A stretch of DNA of 64,000 nt, taken from NCBI GenBank assembly GCA_964016885.1, contig OZ024751.1, positions 1,798,001 to 1,862,000 on the forward strand. The letters are read 5' to 3'. Below, piece after piece: positions 34,501 through 43,300 of the stretch. Both the position numbers and the translations under genes were made by a program. The notes below the pieces were generated by a model. It was not told the origin of the DNA and searched no databases. It saw only the letters and a list, made by a program, of their open reading frames with translations. This DNA is from Eledone cirrhosa (lineage: Eukaryota). Numbering within the stretch: position 1 is the stretch's first letter; every line of letters begins with the position of its first letter.

Positions 34501-37397
34501 GTGTTGTTGGTGTTACTGTTGTTGGTGTTGTTAGTGTTACTGTTGTCGGTGTTGTTGGTGTTACTGTTGTTGGTGTTGTTAGTGTTACTGTTGTTGGTGT
34601 TACTGTTGTTGGTGTTACTGTTGTTGGTGTTGATTTTGTTGGTGTTGATGGTGTTGGTGTTACTGTTGTTGGTGTTGTTGGTGTTACGGCTGTTGCTTTT
34701 GTTGGTGTTACTGTTGTTGGTGTTGTTAGTGTTACTGTTGTTGGTGTTACTGTTGTTGGTGTTGTTGGTGTTGTTGGTGTTACTGTTGTTGGTGTTGTTG
34801 GTGTTACTGTTGTTGGTGTTATTAGTGTTACTGTTGTTGGTGTTACTGTTGTTGGTGTTGTTGGTGTTGTTGGTGTTACTGTTGTTGGTGTTGTTAGTGT
34901 TACTGTTGTCGGTGTTGTTGGTGTTACTGTTGTTGGTGTTGTTAGTGTTACTGTTGTTGGTGTTACTGTTGTTGGTGTTACTGTTGTTGGTGTTGATTTT
35001 GTTGGTGTTGATGGTGTTGGTGTTACTGTTGTTGGTGTTGTTGGTGTTACGGCTGTTGGTTTTGTTGGTGTTACTGTTGTTGGTGTTGTTAGTGTTACTG
35101 TTGTTGGTGTTACTGTTGTTGGTGTTGTTGGTGTTGTTGGTGTTACTGTTGTTGGTGTTGTTGGTGTTACTGTTGTTGGTGTTGTTAGTGTTACTGTTGT
35201 CGGTGTTGTTGGTGTTACTGTTGTTGGTGTTGTTGGTGTTACTGTTGTTGGTGTTGTTGGTGTTGTTGGTGTTACTGTTGTTGGTGTTGTTGGTGTTACT
35301 GTTGTTGGTGTTGTTAGTGTTACTGTTGTCGGTGTTGTTGGTGTTACTGTTGTTGGTGTTGTTGGTGTTACTGTTGTTGGTGTTGTTAGTGTTACTGTTG
35401 TTGGTGTTGTTAGTGTTACTGTTGTTGGTGTTGTTGGTGTTACTGTTGTTGGTGTTGTTGGTGTTACTGTTGTTGGTGTTATTAGTGTTACTGTTGTTGG
35501 TGTTACTGTTGTTGGTGTTGTTGGTGTTGTTGGTGTTACTGTTGTTGGTGTTGTTGGTGTTACTGTTGTTGGTGTTGTTGGTGTTACTGTTGTTGGTGTT
35601 GTTAGTGTTACTGTTGTTGGTGTTACTGTTGTTGGTGTTACTGTTGTTGGTGTTGATTTTGTTGGTGTTGATGGTGTTGGTGTTACTGTTGTTGGTGTTG
35701 TTGGTGTTACGGCTGTTGGTTTTGTTGGTGTTACTGTTGTTTGTGTTGTTAATGTTACTGTTGTTGGTGTTACTGTTGTTGGTGTTGTTGGTGTTGTTGG
35801 TGTTACTGTTGTTGGTGTTGTTGGTGTTACTGTTGTTGGTGTTGTTAGTGTTACTGTTGTCGGTGTTGTTGGTGTTACTGTTGTTGGTGTTGTTGGTGTT
35901 ACTGTTGTTGGTGTTGTTGGTGTTACTGTTGTTGGTGTTGTTAGTGTTACTGTTGTTGGTGTTACTGTTGTTGGTGTTGTTGGTGTTGTTGGTTTTACTG
36001 TTGTTGGTGTTATTGGTGTTACTGTTGTTGGTGTTGTTAGTGTTACTGTTGTCGGTGTTGTTGGTGTTACTGTTGTTGGTGTTGTTGGTGTTACTGTTGT
36101 TGGTGTTGTTAGTGTTACTGTTGTTGGTGTTGTTAGTGTTACTGTTGTTGGTGTTGTTGGTGTTACTGTTGTTGGTGTTGTTGGTGTTACTGTTGTTGGT
36201 GTTATTAGTGTTACTGTTGTTGGTGTTACTGTTGTTGGTGTTGTTGGTGTTGTTGGTGTTACTGTTGTTGGTGTTGTTAGTGTTACTGTTGTCGGTGTTG
36301 TTGGTGTTACTGTTGTTGGTGTTGTTGGTGTTACTGTTGTTGGTGTTGTTAGTGTTACTGTTGTTGGTGTTGTTAGTGTTACTGTTGTTGGTGTTACTGT
36401 TGTTGGTGTTGTTGGTGTTACTGTTGTTGGTGTTATTAGTGTTACTGTTGTTGGTGTTGTTTGTGTTACTGTTGTTGGTGTTGTCGGTGTTACTGTTGTT
36501 GGTGTTATTGGTGTTACTGTTGTTGGTGTTGTTGGTGTTACTGTTGTTGGTGTTGTTGGTGTTACTGTTGTTGGTGTTGTTAGTGTTACTGTTGTTGGTG
36601 TTACTGTTGTTGGTGTTACTGTTGTTGGTGTTGATTTTGTTGGTGTTGATGGTGTTGGTGTTACTGTTGTTGGTGTTGTTGGTGTTACGGCTGTTGGTTT
36701 TGTTGGTGTTACTGTTGTTGGTGTTGTTAGTGTTACTGTTGTTGGTGTTACTGTTGTTGGTGTTGTTGGTGTTGTTGGTGTTACTGTTGTTGGTGTTGTT
36801 GGTGTTACTGTTGTTGGTGTTGTTAGTGTTACTGTTGTTGGTGTTGTTGGTGTTACCGTTGTTGGTGTTGTTAGTGTTACTGTTGTTGGTGTTGTTGGTG
36901 TTACTGTTGTTGGTGTTGTTAGTGTTACTGTTGTTGGTGTTGTTGGTGTTACTGTTGTTGGTGTTGTTAGTGTTACTGTTGTTGGTGTTGTTGGTGTTAC
37001 TGTTGTTGGTGTTGTTTGTGTTACTGTTGTTGGTGTTGTTGGTGTTACTGTTGCTGGTGTTGTTAGTGTTACTGTTGTTGGTGATGTTGGTGTTACTGTT
37101 GTTGGTGTTGTTAGTGTTACTGTTGTTGGTGTTGTTGGTGTTACTGTTGTTGGTGTTGTTTGTGTTACTGTTGTTGGTGTTGTTGGTGTTACTGTTGTTG
37201 GTGTTGTTGGTGTTACTGTTGTTGGTGTTGTTGGTGTTACTGCTTTGGTGTTGTTGGGGTTACTGTTGTTGTTGTTGTTGGTGTTACTGTTGTTGGTGTT
37301 GTTGGTGTTACTGTTGTTGGTGTTGGTGGTGTTACTGTTGTTGGTGTTGTTGGTGTTACTGTTATTGGTGTTACTGTTGTTGGTGTTGGTGGTGTGA
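25251..37397 (+). CDS. 12.1 kb open frame (VTVVGVVG)n, 4048 aa; almost certainly a repeat artefact
   Basis: TTG start only. The frame survives because the two triple-deletion cassettes it crosses each remove a net 3 bases. The product is an implausibly hydrophobic Val/Gly/Thr polymer. Confidence 0.04.
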   Translation: MCYCFGVVGVTVVGVVGVTVVGVVGVSVVGVTVVDVISVTVVGVGGVTVVGVVSVTVVGVVGVTVVGVVSVTVVGVVGVTVVGVVCVNVVGVVVVTVLVLLVLLLLVLFCYCFGVVGVTVVGVVGVTVVGVVGVSVVGVTVVDVISVTVVGVGGVTVVGVVGVTVIGVTIVGVGGVTVVGVVGVTVVGVVSVTVVGVVSVTVVGVVGVTVVGVVSVTVVGVVIVTVVGVAGITVVGVVGVTVVGVVGVTVVGVVGVTVVGVISVTVVGVVNVTVVDVVGVTVVGVVGVTVVGVVGVTVVGVVSVTVVGVVSVTVVGVVGVTVVGVVVVTVVGVVSVTVVGVVSVTVVGVVGVTVVGVVGVTVVGFISVTVVGVVCVTVVGVVGVTVVGVIGVTVVGVVGVTVVGVVGVSVVGVVSVTVVGVVGVTVVGVTVVGVVFVGVDGVGVTVVGVVGVTAVGVVGVTVVGVVSVTVVGVVGVTVVGVVGVTVVGVVGVTVVGVVSVTVVGVVGVTVVGVVSVTVVGVVSVTVVGVIGVTVVGVVGVTVVGVVGVTVVGVVSINVVGVVGVTVVGVGGVTVVGVVGVTVVGVVGVTVVCVIGVTVVGVVGVVCVTVVGVVGVTGIGVVGVTVVGVVGVTVVGVVSINVVGVVGVTVVGVVGVAVVGVVCVTVVGVVGVTVVGVVFVGVGGVTVVGVVGVTAVGVVGVTVVGVVGVTVVGVVFLGDGGVTVVGAVGVTVVGVVGVTVVGVVGVSVGIVFVGVGGVTVVGVVGVTVVGVVGVTVVGVVGVTVVGVVGVTVVGVVGVTVVGVVGVTVVGVGGVTVVGVVGVTVIGVTVVGVGGVTVVVVVGVTVVGVVSVTVVGVGSVTVVGVVGVTVVGVVSVAVVGVVIVTVVGVAGVTVVGVVSVTVVGVVGVTVVGVVGVTVVGVVSVTVVGVVSVTVVGVVGVTVVGVVGVTVVGVISVTVVGVTVVGVVGVVGVTVVGVVGVTVVGVVGVTVVGVVSVTVVGVTVVGVTVVGVDFVGVDGVGVTVVGVVGVTAVGFVGVTVVGVVSVTVVGVTVVGVVGVVGVTVVGVVGVTVVGVVSVTVVGVVGVTVVGVVGVTVVGVVGVTVVGVVSVTVVGVTVVGVVGVVGVTVVGVVGVTVVGVVSVTVVGVVGVTVVGVVGVTVVGVVSVTVVGVVSVTFVGVVGVTVVGVVGVTVVGVISVTVVGVTVVGVVGVVGVTVVGVVSVTVVGVVGVTVVGVVSVTVVGVVGVTVVGVVSVTVVGVTVVGVTVVGVDFVGVDGVGVTVVGVVGVTAVGFVGVTVVGVVSVTVVGVTVVGVVGVVGVTVVGVVGVTVVGVISVTVVGVTVVGVVGVVGVTVVGVVSVTVVGVVGVTVVGVVSVTVVGVTVVGVTVVGVDFVGVDGVGVTVVGVVGVTAVGFVGVTVVGVVSVTVVGVTVVGVVGVVGVTVVGVVGVTVVGVVSVTVVGVVGVTVVGVVGVTVVGVVSVTVVGVVSVTVVGVVGVTVVGVVGVTVVGVISVTVVGVTVVGVVGVVGVTVVGVVGVTVVGVVGVTVVGVVSVTVVGVTVVGVTVVGVDFVGVDGVGVTVVGVVGVTAVGFVGVTVVGVVNVTVVGVTVVGVVGVVGVTVVGVVGVTVVGVVSVTVVGVVGVTVVGVVGVTVVGVVGVTVVGVVSVTVVGVTVVGVVGVVGFTVVGVVGVTVVGVVSVTVVGVVGVTVVGVVGVTVVGVVSVTVVGVVSVTVVGVVGVTVVGVVGVTVVGVISVTVVGVTVVGVVGVVGVTVVGVVSVTVVGVVGVTVVGVVGVTVVGVVSVTVVGVVSVTVVGVTVVGVVGVTVVGVISVTVVGVVCVTVVGVVGVTVVGVIGVTVVGVVGVTVVGVVGVTVVGVVSVTVVGVTVVGVTVVGVDFVGVDGVGVTIVDVISVTVVGVGGVTVVGVVSVTVVGVVGVTVVGVVSVTVVGVVCVNVVGVVVVTVLVLLVLLLLVLFCYCFGVVGVTVVGVVGVTVVGVVGVSVVGVTVVDVISVTVVGVGGVTVVGVVGVTVIGVTIVGVGGVTVVGVVGVTVVGVVSVTVVGVVSVTVVGVVGVTVVGVVSVTVVGVVIVTVVGVAGITVVGVVGVTVVGVVGVTVVGVVGVTVVGVISVTVVGVVSVTVVDVVGVTVVGVVGVTVVGVVGVTVVGVVSVTVVGVVSVTVVGVVGVTVVGVVVVTVVGVVSVTVVGVVSVTVVGVVGVTVVGVVGVTVVGVISVTVVGVVCVTVVGVVGVTVVGVIGVTVVGVVGVTVVGVVGVSVVGVISVTVVGVVGVTVVGVTVVGVVFVGVDGVGVTVVGVVGVTAVGVVGVTVVGVVSVTVVGVVGVTVVGVVGVTVVGVVGVTVVGVVSVTVVGVVGVTVVGVVSVTVVGVVSVTVVGVIGVTVVGVVGVTVVGVVGVTVVGVVSINVVGVVGVTVVGVGGVTVVGVVGVTVVGVVGVTVVCVIGVTVVGVVGVVCVTVVGVVGVTGIGVVGVTVVGVVGVTVVGVVSINVVGVVGVTVVGVVGVAVVGVVCVTVVGVVGVTVVGVVFVGVGGVTVVGVVGVTAVGVVGVTVVGVVGVTVVGVVFLGDGGVTVVGAVGVTVVGVVGVTVVGVVGVTVGIVFVGVGGVTVVGVVGVTVVGVVGVTVVGVVGVTVVGVVGVTVVGVVGVTVVGVVGVTVVGVGGVTVVGVVGVTVICVTVVGVGGVTVVVVVGVTVVGVVSVTVVGVGSVTVVGVVGVTVVGVVSVAVVGVVIVTVVGVAGVTVVGVVSVTVVGVVGVTVVGVVGVTVVGVVSVTVVGVVSVTVVGVVGVTVVGVVGVTVVGVISVTVVGVTVVGVVGVVGVTVVGVVGVTVVGVVGVTVVGVVSVTVVGVTVVGVTVVGVDFVGVDGVGVTVVGVVGVTAVGFVGVTVVGVVSVTVVGVTVVGVVGVVGVTVVGVVGVTVVGVVSVTVVGVVGVTVVGVVGVTVVGVVGVTVVGVVSVTVVGVTVVGVVGVVGVTVVGVVGVTVVGVVSVTVVGVVGVTVVGVVGVTVVGVVSVTVVGVVSVTVVGVVGVTVVGVVGVTVVGVISVTVVGVTVVGVVGVVGVTVVGVVSVTVVGVVGVTVVGVVSVTVVGVVGVTVVGVVSVTVVGVTVVGVTVVGVDFVGVDGVGVTVVGVVGVTAVAFVGVTVVGVVSVTVVGVTVVGVVGVVGVTVVGVVGVTVVGVISVTVVGVTVVGVVGVVGVTVVGVVSVTVVGVVGVTVVGVVSVTVVGVTVVGVTVVGVDFVGVDGVGVTVVGVVGVTAVGFVGVTVVGVVSVTVVGVTVVGVVGVVGVTVVGVVGVTVVGVVSVTVVGVVGVTVVGVVGVTVVGVVGVVGVTVVGVVGVTVVGVVSVTVVGVVGVTVVGVVGVTVVGVVSVTVVGVVSVTVVGVVGVTVVGVVGVTVVGVISVTVVGVTVVGVVGVVGVTVVGVVGVTVVGVVGVTVVGVVSVTVVGVTVVGVTVVGVDFVGVDGVGVTVVGVVGVTAVGFVGVTVVCVVNVTVVGVTVVGVVGVVGVTVVGVVGVTVVGVVSVTVVGVVGVTVVGVVGVTVVGVVGVTVVGVVSVTVVGVTVVGVVGVVGFTVVGVIGVTVVGVVSVTVVGVVGVTVVGVVGVTVVGVVSVTVVGVVSVTVVGVVGVTVVGVVGVTVVGVISVTVVGVTVVGVVGVVGVTVVGVVSVTVVGVVGVTVVGVVGVTVVGVVSVTVVGVVSVTVVGVTVVGVVGVTVVGVISVTVVGVVCVTVVGVVGVTVVGVIGVTVVGVVGVTVVGVVGVTVVGVVSVTVVGVTVVGVTVVGVDFVGVDGVGVTVVGVVGVTAVGFVGVTVVGVVSVTVVGVTVVGVVGVVGVTVVGVVGVTVVGVVSVTVVGVVGVTVVGVVSVTVVGVVGVTVVGVVSVTVVGVVGVTVVGVVSVTVVGVVGVTVVGVVCVTVVGVVGVTVAGVVSVTVVGDVGVTVVGVVSVTVVGVVGVTVVGVVCVTVVGVVGVTVVGVVGVTVVGVVGVTALVLLGLLLLLLLVLLLLVLLVLLLLVLVVLLLLVLLVLLLLVLLLLVLVV
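25542..36660. repeat. Tandem duplication, period 5583 bp (5712 bp distally), with internal 363-978 bp subrepeats
   Basis: Cassette 25542/31125, ORF starts 25783/31366 and 27757/33340, and GATTTT markers 28278/33861, 29049/34632 and 29412/34995 are all 5583 apart. 29943/35655 and 30921/36633 are 5712 apart. Confidence 0.92.
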
Positions 37398-40300
37398 CTG
37401 TTGTTGTTGTTGTTGGTGTTACTGTTGTTGGTGTTGTTAGTGTTAATGTTGTTGGTGTTGGTAGTGTTACTGTTGTTGGTGTTGTTGGTGTTACTGTTGT
37501 TGGTGTTGTTAGTGTTGCTGTTGTTGGTGTTGTTATTGTTACTGTTGTTGGTGTTGCTGGTGTTACTCTTGTTGGTGTTGTTGGTGTTACTGCTGTTGGT
37601 GTTGTTGGTGTTACTGTTGTTGGTGTTGTTGGTGTTACTGTTGTTGGTGTTATTAGTGTTACTGTTGTTGGTGTTGTTAGTGTTACTTTTGTTGGTGTTG
37701 TTGGTGTTAATGTTGTTGGTGTTGTTAGTGTTACTGTTGTTGGAGTTGTTAGTGTTACTGTTGTTGGTGTTGTTGGTGTTACTGTTGTTGGTGTTGTTTG
37801 TGTTAATGTTGTTGGTGTTGTTGGTGTTACTGTTCTGGTGTTGTTGGTGTTACTGTTGTTGGAGTTGTTGGTGTTACTGTTGTTGGTGTTGTTGGTGTTA
37901 GTGTTGTTGGTGTTACTGTTGTTGATGTTATTAGTGTTACTGTTGTTGGTGTTGGTGGTGTTACTGTTGTTGGTGTTGTTTGTGTTACTGTTATTGGTGT
38001 TACTATTGTTGGTGTTGGTGGTGTGACTGTTGTTGGTGTTGTTGGTGTTACTGTTGTTGGTGTTGTTAGTGTTACTGTTGTTGGTGTTGTTAGTGTTACT
38101 GTTGTTGGTGTTGTTGGTGTTACTGTTGTTGGTGTTGTTAGTGTTACTGTTGTTGGTGTTGTTATTGTTACTGTTGTTGGTGTTGCTGGTGTTACTGTTG
38201 TTGGCGTTGTTGGTGTTACTGTTGTTGGTGTTGTTGGTGTTACTGTTGTTGGTGTTGTTGGTGTTACTGTTGTTGGTGTTATTAGTGTTACTGTTGTTGG
38301 TGTTGTTAGTGTTACTGTTGTTGGTGTTGTTGGTGTTACTGTTGTTGGTGTTGTTGGTGTTACTGTTGTTGGTGTTGTTGGTGTTACTGTTGTTGGTGTT
38401 GTTAGTGTTACTGTTGTTGGTGTTGTTAGTGTTACTGCTGTCGGTGTTGTTGGTGTTACTGTTGTTGGTGTTGTTGTTGTTACTGTTGTTGGTGTTGTTA
38501 GTGTTACTGTTGTTGGTGTTGTTAGTGTTACTGTTGTTGGTGTTACTGTTGTTGGTGTTGTTGGTGTTACTGTTGTTGGTGTTATTAGTGTTACTGTTGT
38601 TGGTGTTGTTTGTGTTACTGTTGTTGGTGTTGTTGGTGTTACTGTTGTTGGTGTTATTGGTGTTACTGTTGTTGGTGTTGTTGGTGTTACTGTTGGTGGT
38701 GTTGTTGGTGTTACTGTTGTTGGTGTTGTTAGTGTTACTGTTGTTGGTGTTGTTGGTGTTACTGTTGTTGGTGTTACTGTTGTTGGTGTTGTTTTTGTTG
38801 GTGTTGATGGTGTTGGCGTTACTGTTGTTGGTGTTGTTGGTGTTACGGCTGTTGGTGTTGTTGGTGTTACTGTTGTTGGTGTTGTTAGTGTTACTGTTGT
38901 TGGTGTTGTTGGTGTTACTGTTGTTGGTGTTGTTGGTGTTACTGTTGTTGGTGTTGTTGGTGTTACTGTTGTTGGTGTTGTTAGTGTTACTGTTGTTGGT
39001 GTTGTTGGTGTTACTGTTGTTGGTGTTGTTAGTGTTACTGTTGTTGGTGTTGTTAGTGTTACTGTTGTTGGTGTTATTGGTGTTACTGTTGTTGGTGTTG
39101 TTGGTGTTACTGTTGTTGGTGTTGTTGGTGTTACTGTTCTTGGTGTTGTTAGTATTAATGTTGTTGGTGTCGTTGGTGTTACTGTTGTTGGTGTTGGTGG
39201 TGTTACTGTTGTTGGTGTTGTTGGTGTTACTGTTGTTGGTGTTGTTGGTGTTACTGTTGTTTGTGTTATTGGTGTTACTGTTGTTGGTGTTGTTGGTGTT
39301 GTTTGTGTTACTGTTGTTGGTGTTGTTGGTGTTACTGGTATTGGTGTTGTTGGTGTTACTGTTGTTGGTGTTGTTGGTGTTACTGTTGTTGGTGTTGTTA
39401 GTATTAATGTTGTTGGTGTCGTTGGTGTTACTGTTGTTGGTGTTGTTGGTGTTGCTGTTGTTGGTGTTGTTTGTGTTACTGTTGTTGGTGTTGTTGGTGT
39501 TACTGTTGTTGGTGTTGTTTTTGTTGGTGTTGGTGGTGTTACTGTTGTTGGAGTTGTTGGTGGTACTGCTGTTGGTGTTGTTGGTGTTACTGTTGTTGGT
39601 GTTGTTGGTGTTACTGTTGTTGGTGTTGTTTTTCTTGGTGTTGGTGGTGTTACTGTTGTTGGAGCTGTTGGTGTTACTGTTGTTGGAGTTGTTGGTGTTA
39701 CTGTTGTTGGTGTTGTTGGTGTTACTGTTGGTATTGTTTTTGTTGGTGTTGGTGGTGTTACTGTTGTTGGAGTTGTTGGTGTTACTGTTGTTGGTGTTGT
39801 TGGTGTTACAGTTGTTGGTGTTGTTGGTGTTACTGTTGTTGGTGCTGTTGGTGTTACTGTTGTTGGTGTTGTTGGTGTTACTGTTGTTGGTGTTATTGGT
39901 GTTACTGTTGTTGGTGTTGTTGGTGTTACTGTTGTTGGTGTTGTTGGTGTTACTGTTGTTGGTGTTGTTGGTGTTACTGTTGTTGGTGTTGTTAGTGTTA
40001 CTGTTGTTGGTGTTGTTAGTGTTACTGTTGTTGGTGTTGTTGGTGTTACTGTTGTTGATGTTATTAGTGTTACTGTTGTTGGTGTTGGTGGTGTTACTGT
40101 TGTTGGTGTTGTTAGTGTTACTGTTATTGGTGTTACTATTGTTGGTGTTGGTGGTGTGACTGTTGTTGGTGTTGTTGGTGTTACTGTTGTTGGTGTTGTT
40201 AGTGTTACTGTTGTTGGTGTTGTTAGTGTTACTGTTGTTGGTGTTGTTGGTGTTACTGTTGTTGGTGTTGTTAGTGTTACTGTTGTTGGTGTTGTTATTG

Positions 40301-43300
40301 TTACTGTTGTTGGTGTTGCTGGTGTTACTGTTGTTGGTGTTGTTGGTGTAACTGTTGTTGGTGTTGTTGGTGTTACTGTTGTTGGTGTTGTTGGTGTTAC
40401 TGTTGTTGGTGTTATTAGTGTTACTGTTGTTGGTGTTGTTAGTGTTACTGTTGTTGGTGTTGTTGGTGTTACTGTTGTTGGTGTTGTTGGTGTTACTGTT
40501 GTTGGTGTTGTTGGTGTTACTGTTGTTGGTGTTGTTAGTGTTACTGTTGTTGGTGTTGTTAGTGTTACTGTTGTCGGTGTTGTTGGTGTTACTGTTGTTG
40601 GTGTTGTTGGTGTTACTGTTGTTGGTGTTGTTAGTGTTACTGTTGTTGGTGTTGTTAGTGTTACTGTTGTTGGTGTTGTTGGTGTTACTGTTGTTGGTGT
40701 TGTTGGTGTTACTGTTGTTGGTGTTATTAGTGTTACTGTTGTTGGTGTTGTTTGTGTTACTGTTGTTGGTGTTGTTGGTGTTACTGTTGTTGGTGTTATT
40801 GGTGTTACTGTTGTTGGTGTTGTTGGTGTTACTGTTGTTGGTGTTGTTGGTGTTACTGTTGTTGGTGTTGTTAGTGTTACTGTTGTTGGTGTTACTGTTG
40901 TTGGTGTTACTGTTGTTGGTGTTGTTTTTGTTGGTGTTGATGGTGTTGGTGTTACTGTTGTTGGTGTTGTTGGTGTTACGGCTGTTGGTTTTGTTGGTGT
41001 TACTGTTGTTGGTGTTGTTAGTGTTACTGTTGTTGGTGTTACTGTTGTTGGTGTTGTTGGTGTTGTTGGTGTTACTGTTGTTGGTGTTGTTGGTGTTACT
41101 GTTGTTGGTGTTGTTAGTGTTACTGTTGTTGGTGTTGTTGGTGTTACTGTTGTTGGTGTTGTTAGTATTAATGTTGTTGGTGTCGTTGGTGTTACTGTTG
41201 TTGGTGTTGGTGGTGTTACTGTTGTTGGTGTTGTTGGTGTTACTGTTGTTGGTGTTGTTGGTGTTACTGTTGTTTGTGTTATTGGTGTTACTGTTGTTGG
41301 TGTTGTTGGTGTTGTTTGTGTTACTGTTGTTGGTGTTGTTGGTGTTACTGGTATTGGTGTTGTTGGTGTTACTGTTGTTGGTGTTGTTGGTGTTACTGTT
41401 GTTGGTGTTGTTAGTATTAATGTTGTTGGTGTCGTTGGTGTTACTGTTGTTGGTGTTGTTGGTGTTGCTGTTGTTGGTGTTGTTTGTGTTACTGTTGTTG
41501 GTGTTGTTGGTGTTACTGTTGTTGGTGTTGTTTTTGTTGGTGTTGGTGGTGTTACTGTTGTTGGAGTTGTTGGTGGTACTGCTGTTGGTGTTGTTGGTGT
41601 TACTGTTGTTGGTGTTGTTGGTGTTACTGTTGTTGGTGTTGTTTTTCTTGGTGTTGGTGGTGTTACTGTTGTTGGAGCTGTTGGTGTTACTGTTGTTGGA
41701 GTTGTTGGTGTTACAGTTGTTGGTGTTGTTGGTGTTACTGTTTGTATTGTTTTTGTTGGTGTTGGTGGTGTTACTGTTGTTGGAGTTGTTGGTGTTACTG
41801 TTGTTGGTGTTGTTGGTGTTACAGTTGTTGGTGTTGTTGGTGTTACTGTTGTTGGTGTTGTTGGTGTTACTGTTGTTGGTGTTGTTGGTGTTACTGTTGT
41901 TGGTGTTATTGGTGTTACTGTTGTTGGTGTTGTTGGTGTTACTGTTGTTGGTGTTGTTGGTGTTACTGTTGTTGGTGTTGTTGGTGTTACTGTTGTTGGT
42001 GTTATTAGTGTTACTGTTGTTGGTGTTGTTAGTGTTACTGTTGTTGGTGTTGTTGGTGTTACTGTTGTTGATGTTATTAGTGTTACTGTTGTTGGTGTTG
42101 GTGGTGTTACTGTTGTTGGTGTTGTTAGTGTTACTGTTATTGGTGTTACTATTGTTGGTGTTGGTGGTGTGACTGTTGTTGGTGTTGTTGGTGTTACTGT
42201 TGTTGGTGTTGTTAGTGTTACTGTTGTTGGTGTTGTTAGTGTTACTGTTGTTGGTGTTGTTGGTGTTACTGTTGTTGGTGTTGTTAGTGTTACTGTTGTT
42301 GGTGTTGTTATTGTTACTGTTGTTGGTGTTGCTGGTGTTACTGTTGTTGGTGTTGTTGGTGTAACTGTTGTTGGTGTTGTTGGTGTTACTGTTGTTGGTG
42401 TTGTTGGTGTTACTGTTGTTGGTGTTATTAGTGTTACTGTTGTTGGTGTTGTTAGTGTTACTGTTGTTGGTGTTGTTGGTGTTACTGTTGTTGGTGTTGT
42501 TGGTGTTACTGTTGTTGGTGTTGTTGGTGTTACTGTTGTTGGTGTTGTTAGTGTTACTGTTGTTGGTGTTGTTAGTGTTACTGTTGTCGGTGTTGTTGGT
42601 GTTACTGTTGTTGGTGTTGTTGGTGTTACTGTTGTTGGTGTTGTTAGTGTTACTGTTGTTGGTGTTGTTAGTGTTACTGTTGTTGGTGTTGTTGGTGTTA
42701 CTGTTGTTGGTGTTGTTGGTGTTACTGTTGTTGGTGTTATTAGTGTTACTGTTGTTGGTGTTGTTTGTGTTACTGTTGTTGGGGTTGTTGGTGTTACTGT
42801 TGTTGGTGTTATTGGTGTTACTGTTGTTGGTGTTGTTGGTGTTACTGTTGTTGGTGTTGTTGGTGTTACTGTTGTTGGTGTTGTTAGTGTTACTGTTGTT
42901 GGTGTTACTGTTGTTGGTGTTACTGTTGTTGGTGTTGTTTTTGTTGGTGTTGATGGTGTTGGTGTTACTGTTGTTGGTGTTGTTGGTGTTACGGCTGTTG
43001 GTTTTGTTGGTGTTACTGTTGTTGGTGTTGTTAGTGTTACTGTTGTTGGTGTTACTGTTGTTGGTGTTGTTGGTGTTGTTGGTGTTACTGTTGTTGGTGT
43101 TGTTGGTGTTACTGTTGTTGGTGTTGTTAGTGTTACTGTTGTTGGTGTTGTTGGTGTTACTGTTGTTGGTGTTGTTAGTATTAATGTTGTTGGTGTCGTT
43201 GGTGTTACTGTTGTTGGTGTTGGTGGTGTTACTGTTGTTGGTGTTGTTGGTGTTACTGTTGTTGGTGTTGTTGGTGTTACTGTTGTTTGTGTTATTGGTG

